Below, piece by piece: positions 1 through 6,640 of a stretch of 64,000 nt of DNA. Position 1 is the stretch's first letter. Each line of letters opens with the position of its first letter. Made by a program: the position numbers and the translations under genes. The notes beneath the pieces were generated by a model. The model saw only the letters and a list, made by a program, of their open reading frames with translations. It was not told the origin of the DNA and searched no databases. Source of the stretch: an uncultured Gammaproteobacteria bacterium (lineage in GTDB: Bacteria; Patescibacteriota; Microgenomatia; Woykebacterales; RBG-16-39-9b); the NCBI GenBank assembly GCA_964643435.1, contig CAZXPY010000001.1, forward strand, positions 74,802 to 138,801. Direction: 5' to 3'.

Positions 1-1
1 T

Positions 2-1369
2 GGTTTAGAAGTAATTTCGTTTCTTGCGAAGAGAGGAATAAAAATAAACACCACGGTTATGATGAGCAGCGCCCAAGCAATTTTAGCCGCCAAAGCAGGA
101 TCTAACTATGTTAGTCTTTTTTTCCGAAGGATTTTGGACGGTGGTGGCGATCCAAGCAAGGAAATTAGAGAAACAAGGGCATTTTTAGATGCTGCAAAAT
201 TGAAAACGCAGATTATCTCTGGAAGTATTAGGGACGCTAGTGACGTTGTTGCTTCTTTCAGTGCTGGTGCTCATATTGTCACAATTCCTTACAAAGTATT
301 AATACAGTTGCCTTACCATAAAAAATCCGAGGAAACAATTAAAGAGTTTGATGAGAGTTGGCATAAATTCACGAAGTCCCCGGAAGTTATTACAGTTAGA
401 GTACCTCTGAGAATTACTTTAGGAGGCGGCGGTACGGATTTGCCATTTTATGCTTCCAAACATTCCGGGTTTTTAATTTCGGCGGCTATCGATAAATATA
501 TTCACGTTTCAATTAATCGCAGTTACACTGGCGCAAACGTTGTCAGGTATGAAGAAGAAATTGAGGCTGCCAAAAATAAAGAGGATTTAAACCACGCGAT
601 TGTTAGGGAAGCGCTGAAGCATTTTAAGGTTGCTGACCCAGTTAGTATTACGATAACTGCTGCTTTTCCAGCGGGGACCGGTATGGGTTCTTCAAGTGCA
701 GTGGTAGTTGGTTTGATTAAAGGTTTAAGTGAATTTACCGGCACTTATAATAATATCAATAAACAAAAAATTGCCGAGTTAGCGGCTCACATCGAGAGAG
801 ATATTTTAAAGGAAGAAGGGGGTAAACAAGACCAGTATATTACCGCTTACGGTGGGATTCAGGAAATGATTTTTGGTCAGGATGGTTCGGTCCAGATCCA
901 GGAAATACAATTAAGTGATGAAAACAAACTTAGACTGGAGAATAATTTGGTACTTTTCTTCTTAGGAACAGCTAGAAGTTCTAGTGAAATTCAAAAAAAG
1001 GTTGCTGCTGCAGAAAATCTAGAAGAAAAAATTGAAAGTTTAAATTTTATAAAGGAATTGGGGTTTAGAGTCAGAAAAGCACTGCTAGGAGGAAATATTG
1101 ATGACATTGGTTTAACTTGGGATCTGCATTGGAAGGCGAAAAAGAAACTGGCAAGCTCTATTACCAATAAACAAGTCGATAATTTTTATAGACTTGCTAA
1201 AGGGAATGGAAGCTTGGGAGGTAAAATTGTTGGTGCTGGTGGGGGAGGGTTTTTAATTTTTTACACAAGGGAAAGAAACAGGTTAATTAGACGTTTAGAA
1301 AAGGAGGGACTAAAATATATCCCGTTTCGCTTTTCTACGAGCGGGGTTTCAATAATTCATGAAGACTGA
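2..1369 (+). CDS. In-frame fusion: fructose-6-phosphate aldolase/transaldolase (5' end truncated by window edge) + GHMP sugar kinase (D-glycero-D-manno-heptose 7-phosphate kinase, HddA-like)
   Basis: Frame 2 is open from nt 2. Residues up to about nt 361 align with the FSA/TalC C-terminal half (GxxYVSxF..R.D, ..IPYKVL.QL, ..F..DW). The downstream part has the GHMP N-terminal motif RVPLRITLGGGGTDLP and the ATP-binding motif PAGTGMGSSSAVVVG. There is no stop or ATG between the two domains. Confidence 0.65.
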   Translation, partial: GLEVISFLAKRGIKINTTVMMSSAQAILAAKAGSNYVSLFFRRILDGGGDPSKEIRETRAFLDAAKLKTQIISGSIRDASDVVASFSAGAHIVTIPYKVLIQLPYHKKSEETIKEFDESWHKFTKSPEVITVRVPLRITLGGGGTDLPFYASKHSGFLISAAIDKYIHVSINRSYTGANVVRYEEEIEAAKNKEDLNHAIVREALKHFKVADPVSITITAAFPAGTGMGSSSAVVVGLIKGLSEFTGTYNNINKQKIAELAAHIERDILKEEGGKQDQYITAYGGIQEMIFGQDGSVQIQEIQLSDENKLRLENNLVLFFLGTARSSSEIQKKVAAAENLEEKIESLNFIKELGFRVRKALLGGNIDDIGLTWDLHWKAKKKLASSITNKQVDNFYRLAKGNGSLGGKIVGAGGGGFLIFYTRERNRLIRRLEKEGLKYIPFRFSTSGVSIIHED

Positions 1370-1991
1370 CAAAAAGAATTCGCAAATTGATTTTGGAAGT
1401 TATTTATCCAGTTATTTATTAGAAACGATTCGTGTTAGTAAGAACATTGATAAAGTGGCTGTTGGTAAAATTTTAGACGCCCTTTTTAAAGCTTGGAGGG
1501 AAGAAAAAAACGTTTTCCTAGCTGGGAATGGTGGTAGTGCCACAATTGCCATGCATTTTACCACTGACCTTGGGAAGGGTACCTATTCCGATGGAAAACC
1601 AAGGTTACATACCTTTTGCCTTTCCGAAAATCCTGATCTTATTTCCGCTTTGGTAAACGACAATGGTTGGGATAATCTTTATATCGATCAACTAAGAGGT
1701 CTTATAAAAAAGGGTGATGTATTTATTGCTTTTAGTGTCCATGGTGGTGCTGGTGAGGACAAGGCCGGTATGTGGTCACAAAACTTGTTGAGGGCAATGG
1801 ATTATGCCAAAAAAATTGGCGCGGCTACCGTTGGTTTTAGTGGTTTTGACGGTGGGCCAATGAAAGACCTAGCCGATATTTGTTTAGTGGTTCCAGCTAA
1901 AAATACAGGCCATGTTCAAGATTTTCACTTTGCAATCATGCACGTGGTTTCTGATTTATTGGGTAAAAAAATCGCCTCTTTTAAGAGATGA
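1359..1991 (+). CDS. gmhA: Phosphoheptose (sedoheptulose-7-phosphate) isomerase, SIS domain
   Basis: SIS-domain motifs (FLAGNGGSATIAMHFTTDL, VFIAFSVHGG); about 210 aa; overlaps the upstream kinase by 11 nt; sits in a heptose context. Confidence 0.75.
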   Translation: MKTDKKNSQIDFGSYLSSYLLETIRVSKNIDKVAVGKILDALFKAWREEKNVFLAGNGGSATIAMHFTTDLGKGTYSDGKPRLHTFCLSENPDLISALVNDNGWDNLYIDQLRGLIKKGDVFIAFSVHGGAGEDKAGMWSQNLLRAMDYAKKIGAATVGFSGFDGGPMKDLADICLVVPAKNTGHVQDFHFAIMHVVSDLLGKKIASFKR

Positions 1992-2701
1992 TTGCGGTAA
2001 TTTTTGCTGGTGGTTTAGGTATCAGACTTCGACCCCTAACCCAAGTAACTCCAAAACCACTAATCCCTATTAAAAATAAACCCTTTTTGTGGTACCAGAT
2101 AAAATTGCTTTCTTCTTTTGGCGTAAAAAAATTTATTATTCTAACCGGTTATTTATCGAATCTGATCGAAGATTATTTTGAAGACGGTACAAAATTAGGA
2201 GTTGAGATTATTTATTCAAGAGAAAATTCCCCCCTCGGTACTGGCAGAGCGTTAAAATTGGCCTCACCCTTAATAAAAGAAAATTTCCTCCTTTTAAACG
2301 GAGACGATATTCCCATAATCGACTACGCTCTTTTTTTTGCAATTGTTAAAAGTGGTCAATTCCCGAATATAATAACCGTTCATAAAGGGGGAAAAAGAGG
2401 AAATTTAAAAGTTGATAAAAGAACTGGTTACGTGCTCTTCTATTCAAAGGTGAGAAACGAGAGTTTTAATTATGTCCACAGCGGTTTGTCGTTTTTTAAT
2501 AAAGATGTTCTAGATCTTTTACCAAAGGGTAGATATGATGTTGAGGAAGAATTATTTAATAAACTAGCTAAAAAGAAAAAATTAGTCTATTTTGAAGCTT
2601 TGGGTAGAACTTTATCTATCGGTACCTACCCACGCTTACGTCGAAGCCGTTTCTTGCTAGAACGCTTCATTATTAGTTATATTGATAATAAAGAAATTTA
2701 A
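1988..2701 (+). CDS. Sugar-1-phosphate nucleotidyltransferase (D-glycero-alpha-D-manno-heptose 1-phosphate guanylyltransferase, HddC-like)
   Basis: N-terminus MIAVIFAGGLGIRLRPLT..KPLIPI matches the NDP-sugar pyrophosphorylase signature GGxGTRL; 4-nt ATGA overlap with gmhA. Confidence 0.65.
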   Translation: MIAVIFAGGLGIRLRPLTQVTPKPLIPIKNKPFLWYQIKLLSSFGVKKFIILTGYLSNLIEDYFEDGTKLGVEIIYSRENSPLGTGRALKLASPLIKENFLLLNGDDIPIIDYALFFAIVKSGQFPNIITVHKGGKRGNLKVDKRTGYVLFYSKVRNESFNYVHSGLSFFNKDVLDLLPKGRYDVEEELFNKLAKKKKLVYFEALGRTLSIGTYPRLRRSRFLLERFIISYIDNKEI

Positions 2702-3414
2702 TGACTAAAATTGCAGTTGTTTTACCTACTTATAATGAAAAAGAGAATATCCAAAAAATTATTCCCCAAATTCTTTCCCAAAATAAAGATATATCAATAA
2801 TCGCCGTTGATGACAATAGTCCAGACGGTACGGGAAAAATACTGGATAACCTAGGTAAAAAATATAATGGTAGGGTGAAAACCCTGCATCGAAATAAAAG
2901 GGGAGTTGGTAGCGCAGTTAGGGATGGCCTAAAAGAAGCGTTAAGATTAAAGGCAGATTACGTAGTTCAGATGGATGCCGATTTTTCTCATCATCCAAAT
3001 TATCTCCCCTCTCTAATTAAGGGAATAAATAATGGGGTTGATGTTACGATTGGGTCTCGGTATGCAAAAGGAGGGGACATTATGAGTAGAAGTACCTTGC
3101 GTAATTTTATTTCAATGGCGGCAAATTTTTACAACCGTAGTTTACTTGGAGTTTGGGAAGTAAAAGATAGTGCTGGTGGTTTTAAATGCTCAAAGAGAGC
3201 TGTTTTGGAAGCAATAAATTTAGATACTTTTTTATCGAATGGCTATAGTATTGGGATCGAGCAGCTTTATCGAATTCACAGAAAAGGATTCAAAATGAAG
3301 GAAGTGCCGATTATTTTTAACGATCGAAATGCGGGTAATTCTAAAATGGATCTAAGGGAAATTTTAAAATATATAATTACTGTTTTAAGAATAAAGTTTA
3401 GTGGTTTTAAATGA
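2701..3414 (+). CDS. GT2 family polyprenyl-phosphate hexose synthase (Dpm1/GtrB/ArnC-like)
   Basis: VVLPTYNEKENI.., VDDNSPDGT, DxD-type motif QMDADFSHHP, about 237 aa with no transmembrane tail; typical Dpm1-like architecture. Confidence 0.75.
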   Translation: MTKIAVVLPTYNEKENIQKIIPQILSQNKDISIIAVDDNSPDGTGKILDNLGKKYNGRVKTLHRNKRGVGSAVRDGLKEALRLKADYVVQMDADFSHHPNYLPSLIKGINNGVDVTIGSRYAKGGDIMSRSTLRNFISMAANFYNRSLLGVWEVKDSAGGFKCSKRAVLEAINLDTFLSNGYSIGIEQLYRIHRKGFKMKEVPIIFNDRNAGNSKMDLREILKYIITVLRIKFSGFK

Positions 3415-4061
3415 ACGCAATTCCTAATTATGTAAAAATTAAAGGAACTTTTTACGATGAACTGACTGATCCAAAAAAAGTTGGGATATTTAGATCTTGG
3501 TTGCATAATGCCCGCTACGAAAGGCTAAGAGAGAGCGTAAAAAAATATTACAAAAAAGGCGACGTGGTTTTGGATTTAGCTTGTGGCGGTTGTAATTGGA
3601 ACAGGGATAAAATTCCGGTTGTCGGCGTCGATATTAACGAAAACTTGCTAAACTTCGGGCTAAAAAACGGTCGCTTAAGCAGAAAAATTGTCGCCGATAT
3701 TTACCGGATTCCTTTAAAAAGTAACTTTGCGGATATTGTAATAATGAGTGAAATTTTAGAACACGTTTCTGAAATAGATAAAGTATTAGCTGAAAGCAAG
3801 AGAATCTTAAAGGTAGACGGAAAATTAATTACGAGCGTTCCTTACGATTCTTTCCCCAGTCCTCATCTGGCGCTTTTCACGGTCCACTGCCTTATTAAAG
3901 GCTATATTTTTGGAGATCCTTATTATAAGAAATTTTGCGGTCATATTAATCGCTTTTCAATGAGGAAAATACGTTCTATTTTAGCCAATCATTTTAAAAT
4001 AATCGAACAATTCCCCGAGCATATGCTCCATATTTTTACCATTGCTGAAAAAATTACTTAA
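3411..4061 (+). CDS. Class I SAM-dependent methyltransferase
   Basis: SAM motif I VLDLACGGCNW; acidic loop after beta-2; about 216 aa. Confidence 0.65.
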   Translation: MNAIPNYVKIKGTFYDELTDPKKVGIFRSWLHNARYERLRESVKKYYKKGDVVLDLACGGCNWNRDKIPVVGVDINENLLNFGLKNGRLSRKIVADIYRIPLKSNFADIVIMSEILEHVSEIDKVLAESKRILKVDGKLITSVPYDSFPSPHLALFTVHCLIKGYIFGDPYYKKFCGHINRFSMRKIRSILANHFKIIEQFPEHMLHIFTIAEKIT

Positions 4062-4878
4062 AATTCTCCTCCAACTTTTCTTTATCTGACTGGGTTAATT
4101 GCCAACCAACACTATCAGTAATCTCATCTATATGGGCTTTCGTGCTTGCCTTTGGAATTACAATTACTGGGAGTTTTTCGAGTAACCAGCGCAGCGCAAT
4201 TTGGGCAGGCGTTTTATTATATTTACTAGCTATTTTATCCAATATTGGAAAAAGACCTTTTTGGGTTAATCTACCGCTTGCTAGAGGTGTGTAAGCGGTC
4301 AGAATAATTTTTTCTTTTTCGCAATAAGTAAGAAGCTCTTTTTCCGGGTCGCGGTGAAGAAGACTATATTCAACTTGATTTGTGACAATTTTATTCTTAG
4401 TATAACTTTGGGCATTAGAGAGCTGACGGGCCGAAAAATTAGAAACGCCAATAAAACGGATTAAACCTTGGGAGACTAAAGTATCAAAAGCCGCCATTGC
4501 ATTTTTCATTGAAGCAAAAGGGTTGTACCAATGAATTAAATAAAGATCAATAAATTTTAAGTTTAATCTTTTTAAGCTGTTTCCACAAGATCTAAGAATC
4601 CCCTCGTAACTAAGATGGTGGGGGGATACTTTGGTGGTAATAAAAATTTTTTTTCGATCAAAAAGTTTAACAGCTTCTCCAACTAACTCTTCTGAATGCC
4701 CTGCCCCGTAGATTTCGGCGGTATCAATATGAGTAATTCCCAGGCTAATGGCGTATTGAATAGCCTTAATATAATCTTCGTCACGTGAACGATTGGTATT
4801 TAAAGAGCCGCCCATCCTCCAGGTTCCTAAACCCAGAACCGGTATTTTAATATTACCCGTTAATACTTTAAATTCCAC
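4054..4878 (-). CDS. Aldo/keto reductase family oxidoreductase
   Basis: GLGTWRMGG and IDTAEIYG motifs; (alpha/beta)8 AKR length of 274 aa; convergent with the methyltransferase (8-nt overlap). Confidence 0.8.
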   Translation of the reverse strand: MEFKVLTGNIKIPVLGLGTWRMGGSLNTNRSRDEDYIKAIQYAISLGITHIDTAEIYGAGHSEELVGEAVKLFDRKKIFITTKVSPHHLSYEGILRSCGNSLKRLNLKFIDLYLIHWYNPFASMKNAMAAFDTLVSQGLIRFIGVSNFSARQLSNAQSYTKNKIVTNQVEYSLLHRDPEKELLTYCEKEKIILTAYTPLASGRLTQKGLFPILDKIASKYNKTPAQIALRWLLEKLPVIVIPKASTKAHIDEITDSVGWQLTQSDKEKLEENFK

Positions 4879-4932
4879 TTTTTAATTATTCTAACATTAA
4901 GTAAAAATTCCGAAATTAGATTTCTGACCTTG

Positions 4933-4962
4933 TTGACAATGATGTTCTCTTTACCGTATAAT
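4933..4962 (+). promoter_or_regulatory. Sigma70-like promoter (TTGACA, 18-nt spacer, TATAAT) upstream of the secreted-protein gene
   Basis: TTGACA at 4933-4938 and TATAAT at 4957-4962, both exact consensus hexamers, in the 88-bp intergenic region ahead of the 4973 ORF. Confidence 0.4.
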
Positions 4963-4972
4963 TTAATTGATA

Positions 4973-5572
4973 ATGATAAAAACTGCCAAACCAATTGTTT
5001 TTTCAGTTATTCTACTACTCTCTTTACTTGTCTTTGCTTCTCTTGCCTTCGCAATTAGCCCTAAAGCGGCAAACTCTCAAGCTCAAAAGAGCGCCACCAG
5101 ATCAGCTATAGGCAAAGAAAAATTAACCGAAGCAAGACTGCGAGTTTGTCAAAAAATCGAAACCGCTGTCCAGAAGCGTTCCGCAAGAATAGCATCTAGG
5201 GCCACTAATATGGAAAAGGTTTTCGATTCCATTGCGGCTAGGGTGGAGATTTACTATACGGATAAGTTAGTACCAAAGGGGAAAACAGTAGCGAATTACG
5301 ATTCTTTAGTTGGTGCTATTGAAGCGAAGAAAGAAGCAGTTGGAGCAGCTGTTGGCGTTGCCCAAGCAGACGCTGCAAGTTTCAACTGCAGTGGAGAAGA
5401 TCCAAAGGGACAGATAGGAGCGTTCCGAACCGATATGCAAACTGTTATTAAAGCCTTGAAAGAATACCGCACCTCGATTAAAAATTTAATTGTAGCGGTG
5501 CGTTCAGTAACGGGGGCAGAAAATAGAAACACTCCTAACTCTGCGACTGAAAGCAATGAGGTGAACCAATAA
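4973..5572 (+). CDS. Secreted hypothetical protein with N-terminal signal peptide
   Basis: Hydrophobic N-terminus (IVFSVILLLSLLVFASLAFA) followed by a polar, Ala/Lys-rich mature region. The ORF track starts at TTG 4967; ATG 4973 is more plausible. No recognisable domain. Confidence 0.45.
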   Translation: MIKTAKPIVFSVILLLSLLVFASLAFAISPKAANSQAQKSATRSAIGKEKLTEARLRVCQKIETAVQKRSARIASRATNMEKVFDSIAARVEIYYTDKLVPKGKTVANYDSLVGAIEAKKEAVGAAVGVAQADAASFNCSGEDPKGQIGAFRTDMQTVIKALKEYRTSIKNLIVAVRSVTGAENRNTPNSATESNEVNQ

Positions 5573-5871
5573 TGGATTCGAACGCAACACCAACAGCTCC
5601 AGTAATGGAGCCAAAGAAAGATAAAAAAACTGTCTACACTGTAATTAGTGCTGTGGTAGTGTTACTGGTTCTTGTAATTGCAATCTGGTACGCTTCGGCA
5701 ACTAAACAACCTACGTATCAGCAACCTACCTATCAACCACCAACTACAGTAGATAACAGCCTTAAAAATGATTCAGATTTAACCTCAGCCGAAAAGAGTT
5801 TAGACTCATCAGACATTGATGGTCTAGGGACAGAATTAGACCAAAATGACGCTGACGCCTCTCAATTCTAA
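5572..5871 (+). CDS. Small single-pass membrane protein with tandem QQPTY / Pro-Thr-rich repeats
   Basis: One TM helix (VYTVISAVVVLLVLVIAIWYA), then QPTYQQPTYQPPTT repeats and an acidic tail; 1-nt overlap (TAATG) with the upstream gene. Confidence 0.4.
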   Translation: MDSNATPTAPVMEPKKDKKTVYTVISAVVVLLVLVIAIWYASATKQPTYQQPTYQPPTTVDNSLKNDSDLTSAEKSLDSSDIDGLGTELDQNDADASQF

Positions 5872-5961
5872 ATCCTAAGAAAAGTAATAACCCTTTCTAG
5901 CGATCAGAGCCACGATTTTTTCCTCGAAAAACGCTCATTAGTTTGTTAGAATTTAATCTGT

Positions 5962-6585
5962 ATGACGTGGAGAGGCTTATCTAAAGATTTTTTCGTTTGT
6001 ACTGCTTCGGGACTTTTTATAGGGGCAGTTGTTTTTGATATCTTTCCAGAAGTCTCAGACGAATTGGGTCAAACAAAAGCCTTCGTTTTTATCTTAATTG
6101 GTTTATTAATTTGGCATCTTTTAAAACTTTTCACTGATTATTTATCTAAAAATAGTTTGGCTATCGTTTCTGTCTTGGCTTTTTGGTTTCACTCTTTTTT
6201 GGAAGGAGCGGTGACTGCCTTAAGTTTCTCCTTTAGTATTGGAACGGGATTGGCGGTGGCAACAGGGATGATACTTCACCTTGTGCCTGAATTCTTTGCG
6301 ATTGTTGCCTTAATGCAAGGAGAAGGGGTTTCCCTCAAAAAGTCTGTTTTAGTAGATTTTGGCGGGATAATTACCCTATTAATAAGTTTTACAATTGTGT
6401 ATTTTCTTTTAAAGGAAATAAATGAGAGTGTTCTAGGTATTTTAATAGCAGTGAGTGGTGGGGCTTTTCTGTACATCGGGGTTGTTTCCTTTCTAAAGCG
6501 GGCCAAAAATTCTTGGAATATTTGGGGTCTCTTAACCGGGCTGTTAATAATCGGAATTTGGAATATCTTTTTCAGAGGTGTATAA
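5962..6585 (+). CDS. ZIP-family (ZupT-like) divalent metal transporter
   Basis: Polytopic membrane protein; motifs FHSFLEGAV and LHLVPEFFAI resemble the ZIP HNFPEG / HNIPEG signatures. Confidence 0.5.
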   Translation: MTWRGLSKDFFVCTASGLFIGAVVFDIFPEVSDELGQTKAFVFILIGLLIWHLLKLFTDYLSKNSLAIVSVLAFWFHSFLEGAVTALSFSFSIGTGLAVATGMILHLVPEFFAIVALMQGEGVSLKKSVLVDFGGIITLLISFTIVYFLLKEINESVLGILIAVSGGAFLYIGVVSFLKRAKNSWNIWGLLTGLLIIGIWNIFFRGV

Positions 6586-6614
6586 GGAAGTCCTGAGGTA
6601 AGGTAAAGACTTCC
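6586..6614. terminator. Candidate hairpin between convergent genes (ZIP-like and secA)
   Basis: GGAAGTC (6586-6592) pairs perfectly with GACTTCC (6608-6614) around a 15-nt loop. There is no clear U-tract, so this is weak. Confidence 0.2.
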
Positions 6615-6640
6615 CACGGAGGTGATAAGTACTGAAACCT

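Noticed and set aside
2-400. Possibility that the Tal-kinase fusion is simply two genes with an unrecognised non-canonical start (for example ATT) for the kinase
   Set aside because: Not fully rejected, but no stop codon separates the domains in frame, so translation from the transaldolase would necessarily read through. It is treated as a fusion, pending read-level verification.
523-744. Antisense small ORFs in the track: 523..744, 3276..3506, 5296..5556, 6276..6617, 7537..7722, 10075..10281, 12084..12350, 15456..15683, 16724..16906, 19368..19559, 19823..20222, 20948..21151, 21957..22139, 24903..25142, 31053..31635, 32485..32703, 34196..34423, 34873..35235, 39534..39809, 40652..40870, 41463..41723, 42334..42525, 46541..47260, 47561..47743, 53205..53435, 55263..55445, 56126..56308, 58760..59038, 59362..59568
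   Set aside because: All are embedded in or opposite to long ORFs with strong family-level motifs. Their translations are low-complexity (Lys/Phe/Leu/Ser-rich from the AT bias) and no start, RBS or homology signal supports them.
5880-5961. T6-CCTCG-A5 quasi-palindrome in the gap before the ZIP-like gene, considered as a terminator or operator
   Set aside because: The stem would be A:T only, with mismatches, and there is no flanking U-tract beyond the stem itself. Too weak to call.
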